From: a bacterium
GTDB taxonomy: Bacteria > Patescibacteriota > Minisyncoccia > UBA6257 > JAGOQP01
Length of the DNA stretch: 56,852 bases
Direction: 5' to 3'
Assembly (NCBI GenBank): GCA_021780155.1
Contig: JAJXZH010000006.1
Location: 1-56,852 of the forward strand
In this document: piece by piece, positions 26,683 through 34,152 of the stretch
Layout of the letters: every line of letters begins with the position of its first letter
How positions within the stretch are numbered: the stretch's first letter is position 1
Notes under the pieces: model-generated
Database searches by the model: none
Seen by the model: only the letters and a program-made list of their open reading frames with translations
What the model was told of the DNA's origin: nothing
Translations under genes and position numbers: made by a program

Positions 26683-28599
26683 TTATTTAAAAACATCCAA
26701 TAGTTCATTAATGCCGATGGTCGCTACCGCCACAACGCTATCACCTCCGCCATAATAAATAAAAACTTTGTTTTTTATAATCGCGTATCCACAAGGAAAA
26801 ACAACGTTTGAAACTTGTCCGTTTTTTTCGTAAGACATTTCCGGCTCAAGAATTGGCTTGTCGGTTCTGGAAATTATTTTGGTTGGGTCTTTAAGATTGG
26901 TCAAAACCGCGCCAACTCTGTAAACTCCTTCGTCCGAAACTCCATGATACAAAAGAATCCATCCTTTTTTTGTTTTAATCGGCGGTCCGGCGGCGCCGAC
27001 TTTTTTGCTGTCCCAAAACCCTCTTCTTGGTTTTAACCAAATTTGTTCTTCGAGCCATTTATTTTTCTTAAAATCAAGATCCGAAACCAATGCGACGTCA
27101 ATATCCATCCCCATTCTGTGAAAAATCAAATACTTGCCCCCTACTTTCCCCGGAAACAAGCAGGCGTCTTTATTGTCAAAATCTGGCGGAGAAATCAAAA
27201 TCGGTTTTTTCCAATTCCATTTTTTATTCAAAAAATCTTTTAAAACTATTGAAGTTAAAGCAATTCTCGGCAGATTTTTTCCATCATAAGCGGTATAAAA
27301 CATATAAAGATTTTTTCCTATAACCGTTACTCGCGGATCTTCACATCCGGAATTTCCTCCGGGGTTTAATTTGCTCTCAAAAGATTCTCTTGGAACATAA
27401 ATCGGCTCTTGGCTTCTGTAATCAATATGAATCCCATCACTACTCGTGGCATAACCCAAAACGGAAGTATTATCCGCAGACATAGCTCTATAAATTATGT
27501 GCATCTTACCTCCATAATAAAAAGCTCCCGGGTTAAAAACTGCCTTTGATTCCCACGGGTGATAAATATGAGGAACAATAATCGGGTTTTCTTTGGCTCT
27601 TTTTAATTGGATCTGTTTTAACCCCGAATAAGACCAAATATGGTCAAGCAATTCTTTAGTTCCAACTTCGGCAAGACAACAAAAAGCATCCGAAGCTCCA
27701 TAATATATTCTTAATCTGTTTTTTGTGGTTAATGCTCCGCTTGGAAAAATTATATCCGGTATTCTTCCGCTTAATTCATACGGCTCCTCGGGAGTCATAA
27801 TCGGCATTCCGGTACGCGCTAAAATTTTTCTCGGATCTTCCAAATCCAAAATTGCCGCCTCAATTCCAAAAATCCTGTCAGAAGAAGAAAAATAATTTCT
27901 TATGTAAGAATAAATTAAAAGCCAACCGTATTTTGTTTTTATCGGTGGAGCGCCAACTTCAATTTGGTCTTGAGGTCTTCTTTGAAGATTTATTGTCCAA
28001 TCATCAATTTGCTGGTGCCAATTATCCCAAAATTCAGGCGACCACATCTGGCTGATTTTATCTAAGTAAGCGATTGATATTTTTGCCGGAGGTGTATCGG
28101 TGTGAGCCGTCAAAATAACACAAAATTTTCCTCCGATTTTTTCCGGAAAAAGCGCCATTGCTTTGGCATTAAAAGGAGTAATTAAGTGTTTTTCTTTTAT
28201 TTTTTTTAGATCACCACTGATTGCCAAACCAACTTTAATACCATCGGGGGTGAAGGGATATTTTGAAATCGCGGTATAAAAAATATAGTAGTTTTTTCCA
28301 ATTTTGGTAATTCTCGGATCTTCACATCCGTATTTTTCCCATTCTTCTTCGGGAATAATAAATCTTTGGCCATTATTGAAATGAATTCCGTCTCCGCTAA
28401 TCGATTGCCCAATATCGGAGATTTCCATTTCAAATCCGGCTTCGGAATGAAAATGTTTTTCCGAAACGGCTCTGAAAAATAAATGGTATTTTTTCCCCTT
28501 TTTTACCGGACAACCGTTAAAAACTCCTTGCGACTGCCAAGAGCTTTTAGGGTCCGGTTTTAAAATCGGATTTGAAGAATATCTCTTAATAACAAACAT
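26683..28599 (-). CDS. tandem double GH130-like (beta-mannoside phosphorylase/glycosidase family) protein
   Basis: Two homologous halves, each with NPIL/NPII..P, GCEDPR(I/V)T and IYYGG.D. They resemble each other and the next gene. Confidence 0.7.
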   Translation of the reverse strand: MFVIKRYSSNPILKPDPKSSWQSQGVFNGCPVKKGKKYHLFFRAVSEKHFHSEAGFEMEISDIGQSISGDGIHFNNGQRFIIPEEEWEKYGCEDPRITKIGKNYYIFYTAISKYPFTPDGIKVGLAISGDLKKIKEKHLITPFNAKAMALFPEKIGGKFCVILTAHTDTPPAKISIAYLDKISQMWSPEFWDNWHQQIDDWTINLQRRPQDQIEVGAPPIKTKYGWLLIYSYIRNYFSSSDRIFGIEAAILDLEDPRKILARTGMPIMTPEEPYELSGRIPDIIFPSGALTTKNRLRIYYGASDAFCCLAEVGTKELLDHIWSYSGLKQIQLKRAKENPIIVPHIYHPWESKAVFNPGAFYYGGKMHIIYRAMSADNTSVLGYATSSDGIHIDYRSQEPIYVPRESFESKLNPGGNSGCEDPRVTVIGKNLYMFYTAYDGKNLPRIALTSIVLKDFLNKKWNWKKPILISPPDFDNKDACLFPGKVGGKYLIFHRMGMDIDVALVSDLDFKKNKWLEEQIWLKPRRGFWDSKKVGAAGPPIKTKKGWILLYHGVSDEGVYRVGAVLTNLKDPTKIISRTDKPILEPEMSYEKNGQVSNVVFPCGYAIIKNKVFIYYGGGDSVVAVATIGINELLDVFK

Positions 28600-28602
28600 A
28601 AA

Positions 28603-29808
28603 TTATTTTTTTGGCGTTTCCGAAATTTTTTCCAATTTTGGCTCTTTATCGGAAATTAATTCTTTCATAAAATCATCAAGCTTTGCCGTTGCTACGCAAA
28701 CAACCGTGTCCGCTCCTCCATAAAAAACAAAAAGATTGTCCTTGATGACAACCGCTCCACATGGATAAGCAATTCCCGATTTATGTCCTTCATTTTCATA
28801 CCACTCAACCGGTTCCAGGATCGGCTTATCGGTTCTTTTTAAAACTTTTGCCGGATTTTTCAAATCCAAAAGCATTGCTCCAATTTTATATTGACTGGCT
28901 CTTTTGTCGTCCACTCCGTAATAAATCAAAAGCCAGCCGTATTTTGTTTTTATCGGTGGAGCGCCGGCGCCTATTTTCCTGCTATCCCATTTATTTTTTC
29001 TGATTTTTATAATATCTTTTTCTTCAAGGTGTTTTCCGTCATTAAAATCAAGATTATCTAAATAATCTATCTGGATATTGGGAAAAATCCTGTGCATTAT
29101 CACATATTTGCCATTTATCTTTTCGGGAAAAACAACTCCGCTTTTATCGATAATTCCTTCGGGAGAAATAATTTTTGAACCGGCCCATTTCCATTTTTTG
29201 TTTAAAAAATCTTCAAGCTTAATTGATGTAATCGCCAATCTTGGAATATTCCATCCATCAAATGCGACAAAAAGCATATAAACTCTATCGTCAATTCTGG
29301 TGATTCTCGGATCTTCACACCCCGCCCAACTTCCACCGGAAGCGTAAGCAAAAAAATCTTTAGGTTTTTGCAAAGAAACATCAAGCGGTTTTGTATAATG
29401 AACAAAAACCGGTTCGTTTAATCTTTCGTCAAAGTGAATACCGTCCGCGCTTGAGGCATATCCCAAACGAGAAACGCCGTCACTTCCCAAAGCGCGATAA
29501 AGAATGTGGACTCTTCCGTTTTCAAAAATAGCGGCCGGATTGAAAGTTTGATACGATTCCCATTCGTTTTCTTTTTTGGGTCTGATGATGGGATTTTCGG
29601 GATGTTTTTTTAATTCAAATACCGGTTTTGATTTTTTTAAAAGTTTTTTGGGTTTTAAAACGGGTTTTGATTTTTTGAGTGTTTTTTTGGATTTTGAAAC
29701 AACTTTCTTTTTTTTGATTGACGATTTTTTGCCGACGCCACTTTTGGAAATCTTTTTGGGAAGATTTTTTTTAAGCGACTTTTTTGTTTTTATGTTTTTT
29801 TTCGGCAT
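28603..29808 (-). CDS. GH130-like protein with ~70-aa lysine-rich N-terminal tail
   Basis: HPENPII, GCEDPRITRID and FYGGADT. The N-terminus is MPKKNIKTKKSLKKNLPKK...KKSKPVFELKK. Confidence 0.7.
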   Translation of the reverse strand: MPKKNIKTKKSLKKNLPKKISKSGVGKKSSIKKKKVVSKSKKTLKKSKPVLKPKKLLKKSKPVFELKKHPENPIIRPKKENEWESYQTFNPAAIFENGRVHILYRALGSDGVSRLGYASSADGIHFDERLNEPVFVHYTKPLDVSLQKPKDFFAYASGGSWAGCEDPRITRIDDRVYMLFVAFDGWNIPRLAITSIKLEDFLNKKWKWAGSKIISPEGIIDKSGVVFPEKINGKYVIMHRIFPNIQIDYLDNLDFNDGKHLEEKDIIKIRKNKWDSRKIGAGAPPIKTKYGWLLIYYGVDDKRASQYKIGAMLLDLKNPAKVLKRTDKPILEPVEWYENEGHKSGIAYPCGAVVIKDNLFVFYGGADTVVCVATAKLDDFMKELISDKEPKLEKISETPKK

Positions 29809-29863
29809 TCGTTTTTCTGTTTATTTTTATATTTTAAATTATATCAAAAAATCAAATAAAATG

Positions 29864-30214
29864 TTATTTTTTATCCGCTCTGCCGTAATCGTCTTGATAT
29901 CTAAATATATCATTTTCATCCAGTTTTCCAAATGCCACCTCTAAGACACAAGCATTTTTTACTCCCGCCCAGCGATGCTTCTGTCCTTTTTTTATTTTAA
30001 TTATATCGCCAAATTTTAAAGTTTTTGTTTTATTTCCAACAACGGCTTTCGTGATACCACTTAATCCAATCCAAGTTTCATCTCTTCCTTTATGACTCTG
30101 CAAGCTGGCGCGATGTCCGTCTTTTATATTTATTTTTTTAACCCAGATATTTTTTTCTCTTAAGTAAATAACCTCCTTTCCCCAAGGTCTTAAAATGATT
30201 CTATTATTTTTCAT
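29864..30214 (-). CDS. cupin domain protein, mannose-6-phosphate isomerase type II C-terminal-like
   Basis: RPWGKE, SLQSHKGRDETW, and GKLDENDIFRYQDDYGR, which matches the E(D/E)DI.R..D.YGR tail of PMI/GMP cupins. Confidence 0.75.
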   Translation of the reverse strand: MKNNRIILRPWGKEVIYLREKNIWVKKINIKDGHRASLQSHKGRDETWIGLSGITKAVVGNKTKTLKFGDIIKIKKGQKHRWAGVKNACVLEVAFGKLDENDIFRYQDDYGRADKK

Positions 30215-30311
30215 TGCGGTATTATTATAACATAATCAATCAAAAAAATGATTGACTTTTTATTTTATTTGTTTCATAAAAAATATTAAGCATTTTTATT
30301 CAAAAATATCC

Positions 30312-30340
30312 TTGAAATGTTTTATTGCCTTTGATAATAT
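30312..30340 (+). promoter_or_regulatory. candidate promoter for tRNA-Asn (TTGAAA-17-TAATAT)
   Basis: The hexamers are spaced 17 nt apart, and the -10 box ends 17 nt before the tRNA 5' end. Confidence 0.4.
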
Positions 30341-30357
30341 AAAAACGTAAAAAATAT

Positions 30358-30429
30358 TCCGGTGTAGCTCAATGGTAGAGCGGCGCCCTGTTAAGGCGAT
30401 GGTTGTAGGTTCGAGTCCTACCACCGGAG
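30358..30429 (+). tRNA. tRNA-Asn (anticodon GTT)
   Basis: TCCGGTG-TA-GCTC-AATGGTA-GAGC-G-GCGCC-CTGTTAA-GGCGA-TGGTT-GTAGG-TTCGAGT-CCTAC-CACCGGA-G. Confidence 0.92.
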
Positions 30430-30431
30430 CA

Positions 30432-30606
30432 GATACAAAAAATACCCCGTGCGGGTATTTTTTGTATATGTTTTGGAGAGTAAACGGACTCGAATCAGGA
30501 AGGGGCGGAAACCAGAGGGTTTCCGTGCCGGAAATATTAAAACCGAAGGGTTTTAAGGAGCTCCGACGCAAAGTCGGAGCGACGTGAGATTCCTACCACT
30601 GGAGCA
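30432..30606 (+). repeat. tRNA-linked conserved element, copy E1 (hairpin H0 + ~105-nt core + 16-nt echo of tRNA-Asn 3' end)
   Basis: H0 is a 15-bp stem at 30433-30467. The core at 30486-30590 is about 90 percent identical to 32892-32991. The tail at 30591-30606 matches 30416-30431 at 15 of 16 positions. Confidence 0.85.
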
Positions 30607-30671
30607 GAAACTTGACTTATGAGGTCCCTTTATTATATTTTGTAATCAGAACTATCAAAAAGGAGGTTTAT

Positions 30672-31007
30672 ATGGATGACAGATGGTCTTTTGTTGAAGC
30701 ATGCATGACTTACGGTTTTGTCCTTATCGGTCTTAAAAAAAATACCTTACCTTCATTGAAAAAAGATTTTCTCAAGTGTTCGTCAAAATTAAGAAAATCA
30801 ATTTGCAATGATCTTGGAATCTATCCAAAAACAAGTTGGATGAGACTTCTTAAGATGTCAGGAGCTCTTGCTCCACAAAAAAAGTCGGAAATAGAAAAAC
30901 AAGATAAATTATTTCACAAGTCATTCAAAATTTTGTTAAGTAAAGAAACTTCAAAACTATGTGAAGAATTGGATATCATTCGTTACTGGATAACTGGAAC
31001 AGAATAA
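30672..31007 (+). CDS. hypothetical protein (111 aa)
   Basis: Strong SD AGGAGG at 30661-30666, 5 nt before the ATG at 30672. The track start at 30612 is TTG. A terminator follows the gene. Confidence 0.55.
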   Translation: MDDRWSFVEACMTYGFVLIGLKKNTLPSLKKDFLKCSSKLRKSICNDLGIYPKTSWMRLLKMSGALAPQKKSEIEKQDKLFHKSFKILLSKETSKLCEELDIIRYWITGTE

Positions 31008-31029
31008 TAATTTAATAAACAATTATCTT

Positions 31030-31053
31030 CCACCTAAATAAGGTGGTTTTTTT
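31030..31053 (+). terminator. rho-independent terminator
   Basis: CCACC-TAAATAA-GGTGG followed by TTTTTTT. Confidence 0.6.
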
Positions 31054-31183
31054 ATTTAAAAAACTCCAACATCTTTTAATCATCGGAGTAGAAAATTAGC
31101 ACAAAGACATAAAACATTAATTTCCGAACATATCACCAAAAAATTGTTTTTAGCAATTAATCCTATTATATTTTTATAACAAA

Positions 31184-31210
31184 ACATCCGCCTTAAGACG
31201 GATGTTTTTA
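31184..31210. terminator. stand-alone terminator-like hairpin with A/T runs on both sides
   Basis: AAAACATCCG-CCTTAAGA-CGGATGTTTTT. No ORF is associated with it. Confidence 0.45.
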
Positions 31211-31277
31211 TTTTATATTATATTTCAAAAATCATTTTTTAATTTTCAAAATAATTATTTAAAAACTAAAAAATGGC

Positions 31278-31339
31278 GGGGATTGCGGACGGCATAAATG
31301 GGGTTTAAAAACCAGCATTTATGTCATCGCGCAATCCCC
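31278..31339. repeat. long GC-rich interrupted hairpin at the 3' edge of the GC-rich gene
   Basis: GGGGATTGCG (31278-31287) pairs with CGCAATCCCC (31330-31339). The inner 8-bp stem is CATAAATG/CATTTATG. Confidence 0.7.
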
Positions 31340-31346
31340 AAAAGAA

Positions 31347-31922
31347 CTACGGGATAGTCGGTCCGGGTCGGACTGAATTGTTGGAGGAGTGCCCACCACC
31401 AGAAGCGGCAGCGGCGATGAGCACCGCCCCAAGTAGAACCCACGGCCAAATGTGATGTTTCTTGACCGTGGGAGCGACTTGCGCTTGCAAGTCGCGCGGA
31501 GCTGTAACTGCTGGAGCAGGTTGAGGAACCTCAATCCGCTCCGTCTGGATAACTAGTCGCTCAACCGGCGCGGGTGCCGGTGGAGCGCAATCACGTTGGC
31601 CGGACAAAAACGGCTGTCCAACCAATGGGTTAGCGCAGTATCGCACATACTGCGCCCTGCCGCCCATCTTGTCGATGACCACCGAAGTTCCGGTGGCCAA
31701 ACGACAGGTGGAAATCGACCCAGAGGCCGATCCCATCCTCACCACCTGTGGGGTTGTGAGAGTTAATAGACACTGCGACGTCCAATTGACGTCGCGCGTC
31801 GTGTCAACCGGGTTGATCCCCAGCCGACACATGGGCACGTTCTCGCCCGCCATCGCCCCAGTTGACTGGAGCGACAGCACAACGAAACACAATGTCACAA
31901 ACATCGTTAGGTGCTTTTTCAT
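31347..31922 (-). CDS. GC-rich secreted, C-terminally membrane-anchored protein of foreign composition
   Basis: SD AAAGGAGGTG precedes the ATG at 31922. Signal peptide is MKKHLTMFVTLCFVVLSLQSTGAMA. It has a Pro/Ala-rich linker and the C-terminal TM helix IWPWVLLGAVLIAAAA. Composition is very different from the neighbouring genes. Confidence 0.6.
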   Translation of the reverse strand: MKKHLTMFVTLCFVVLSLQSTGAMAGENVPMCRLGINPVDTTRDVNWTSQCLLTLTTPQVVRMGSASGSISTCRLATGTSVVIDKMGGRAQYVRYCANPLVGQPFLSGQRDCAPPAPAPVERLVIQTERIEVPQPAPAVTAPRDLQAQVAPTVKKHHIWPWVLLGAVLIAAAASGGGHSSNNSVRPGPTIP

Positions 31923-31991
31923 AAGCACCTCCTTTCTTGAGATCTATCCAAAGAATATCACAAAAATCAAAAATAGTCAATAGGTGATAAA

Positions 31992-32654
31992 CTACTGACC
32001 GGATATCAAAGGCACAAAAGCAAATCCGTGAAATTCACGTTTTTCAAATTCATTTTTTCCTTTTTTATCCAGAATAACGATGCTTTCTTCCACTGGAGCG
32101 ACTATTCTCCCGCCAATAATCAACTGATCTTTCCAAGTTTGAGGGATCTCCTTCCCTGAAGCGGAAGCGATAATTTTATCAAAAGGCGCTTCGGTTTCGT
32201 ATCCTTTTGTGCCGTCAAAGTTTATAATTTTTACTACTCCCTTTTCCAGAAATCCATATTTTGAAACATTATTTATTGCCATCTGAGCCAAAGAGTCAAT
32301 ACGCTCAAGAGAAACAACTCCATATCGTCCGTCTTTGTCTTCGGCAATCCCCCCTTCGTATTCAACCATCTTGGCAATCAATGCCGTTTGCCACCCGGAG
32401 CCTGAACCGATTTCCAAAACTTTATCCCCTGCTCGCAAATCCAAAAGTTCCAACATAAAAGCAACGGTCAGCGGTTGAGAAATAGTTTGGTCGTTTCCGA
32501 TCGGAAGCGGTTCGTTGTAGTAAGCAAATTCCGAAAAAGATTCGGGAATAAAATTTTTTCTATCAACAGCCAAAAAAACGTCTATTAAAGATTGTGATTT
32601 TAAATATCCAAGTTCAGTTAACTCGTCAATCAGTTCCGCATTTGAATAATTCAT
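31992..32654 (-). CDS. pcm: protein-L-isoaspartate O-methyltransferase
   Basis: TISQPLTVAFMLELL and the SAM motif VLEIGSGSGWQTALIA. Confidence 0.88.
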   Translation of the reverse strand: MNYSNAELIDELTELGYLKSQSLIDVFLAVDRKNFIPESFSEFAYYNEPLPIGNDQTISQPLTVAFMLELLDLRAGDKVLEIGSGSGWQTALIAKMVEYEGGIAEDKDGRYGVVSLERIDSLAQMAINNVSKYGFLEKGVVKIINFDGTKGYETEAPFDKIIASASGKEIPQTWKDQLIIGGRIVAPVEESIVILDKKGKNEFEKREFHGFAFVPLISGQ

Positions 32655-32770
32655 ATTATCTAAATCAAAATTAAAAAATATAATTTAAGATTATGTTTAC
32701 ATAATAGCAAAAATAACAAAAACAAAATAGCATTGAAAAAATATTTTGAGTGGTGTATTTTTTAAATTAA

Positions 32771-32841
32771 GGGGTCATAGTTCAATGGTAGAATTGCGGT
32801 CTCCAAAACCGCTGATCTAGGTTCGAATCCTAGTGACCCCG
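32771..32841 (+). tRNA. tRNA-Trp (anticodon CCA)
   Basis: GGGGTCA-TA-GTTC-AATGGTA-GAAT-T-GCGGT-CTCCAAA-ACCGC-TGAT-CTAGG-TTCGAAT-CCTAG-TGACCCC-G. Confidence 0.92.
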
Positions 32842-32842
32842 C

Positions 32843-33039
32843 TGATACAAAAATACACCCTTGTGGTGTAGTTTTTGTATTTGGGTACAATGGATTCGAA
32901 TCAGGAAGGGTCGGAAACCTCGTGGGTTTCCGTGCCGGAAATATTAAAACCGAAGGGTTTTAAGGAGTGAGTAAAACGAACGACGTGAGATTCCTAGTGA
33001 CCCCGCAGATACAAAAATACACCCTTGTGGTGTAGTTTT
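32843..33039 (+). repeat. tRNA-linked conserved element, copy E2 (H0 + core + 15-nt echo of tRNA-Trp 3' end + partial second H0)
   Basis: The core is at 32892-32991. The tail at 32992-33006 is identical to 32828-32842. The duplication extends over 48 nt (32828-32875 versus 32992-33039, 47 of 48 identical). Confidence 0.85.
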
Positions 33040-33057
33040 ATAGAACACAAAATAAAT

Positions 33058-33795
33058 TTATTTAGTAAATTTGAATGTTCCAATAATATTTTCCATCAGT
33101 GAATCTATTTTATTTTTATCAAACGAGTGAAGATTGTAAGACGATGGGTAATTGGCAATCTGACTGGAATGGATTGTATATTCAATCGCATAACATTGGC
33201 TATTGTGTAATACGCGATAACTGGTTGTTTCATAATAATTTCCAGCACCGGCATCGGCCGAATGGAATACCGTAAATTGAATACCATTAATATCGGCAGT
33301 TGAAGTCGCCATGGCCGGTCCCCCACTTGGGTCGGCATTCATACATTGATCAACGGCGGATTTGGCGGAGCTGGCGCCAATAGTCAAATTTGTATTAATA
33401 AAATTGGTTTGCGGCTCAAATGCCCTGGGAACGGTTAGCATAAAATATTTTACTCCCAAAACATTATTGGAGTTTACCCTCCAATCGATTGAAGACAAGG
33501 CCGGATAATTATCCTGAGCGTCAAAATCAATCGGATACGAAATACTGAAACTATCGTTGTTTGAATCTTTTTGCCATTCGGCCGGATTGCTATAATAATC
33601 AACTACAACATTATTAAAATTTTGATTGGCAGAAGATGAGTTTTTGGCGTTTATCAAAAAATTATTTCTTATTGTTGTTATAATTTTTTCATATTCCATA
33701 CCATAATAAAATCCAATAAACGGAAGAACAACAAAAAGAATCAGCGCAACTAATTTTGAATACCAAGTTACTTTATTCCATTCAATCTTTTTCAT
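33058..33795 (-). CDS. hypothetical membrane-anchored secreted protein
   Basis: N-terminal TM helix. No recognised motifs. Confidence 0.5.
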   Translation of the reverse strand: MKKIEWNKVTWYSKLVALILFVVLPFIGFYYGMEYEKIITTIRNNFLINAKNSSSANQNFNNVVVDYYSNPAEWQKDSNNDSFSISYPIDFDAQDNYPALSSIDWRVNSNNVLGVKYFMLTVPRAFEPQTNFINTNLTIGASSAKSAVDQCMNADPSGGPAMATSTADINGIQFTVFHSADAGAGNYYETTSYRVLHNSQCYAIEYTIHSSQIANYPSSYNLHSFDKNKIDSLMENIIGTFKFTK

Positions 33796-33830
33796 ATTTT
33801 TTATTATAGCACGTCATTTTTGAATAATAT

Positions 33831-33858
33831 AAAATCCCGCTTTCTAAAGCGGGATTTT
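33831..33858 (-). terminator. rho-independent terminator after rpmG
   Basis: AAAATCCCGC-TTTCTAAA-GCGGGATTTT. Confidence 0.65.
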
Positions 33859-33859
33859 A

Positions 33860-34030
33860 TTATCTTTTGGCTTCAACGTGTTTTGTGGAAGCGCGACACC
33901 ATCTGCAATATTTTTTAAGTTCAAGTTTTCCTTCAAAAGTTTTTTTATTTTTTCGAGTATTATAATTTACCCGCTTACAGACGGAACATTTTAATTTAGT
34001 TAAATTTTCGCTAAATTTTGATTTTGCCAT
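33860..34030 (-). CDS. rpmG: 50S ribosomal protein L33
   Basis: 56-aa ORF not in the track: MAKSKFSENLTKLKCSVCKRVNYNTRKNKKTFEGKLELKKYCRWCRASTKHVEAKR. It shows the CxxC...CxxC L33 pattern. Confidence 0.85.
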   Translation of the reverse strand: MAKSKFSENLTKLKCSVCKRVNYNTRKNKKTFEGKLELKKYCRWCRASTKHVEAKR

Positions 34031-34152
34031 ATGATTAGTAAATAGTAATTAGTAAATGATTCTTAGCAACAAAGACAAGAATACATTGATTGTAGAAAAA
34101 AATCAAGGATAATATTGATTTGTATATATATTTTATGTATCTTAAATGTGTT

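Noticed and set aside
30296-30587. ORFs 30296-30571 (minus) and 30372-30587 (plus), spanning tRNA-Asn and element E1.
   Set aside because: They read through a tRNA gene and a structured repeat. The same region next to tRNA-Trp does not preserve any frame, so the conservation is at the nucleotide or structure level.
31319-31983. ORFs 31319-31534 (minus) and 31669-31983 (plus) inside the GC-rich island.
   Set aside because: High GC suppresses stop codons in all frames. Only the 31347-31922 frame has an SD, a signal peptide and a TM anchor.
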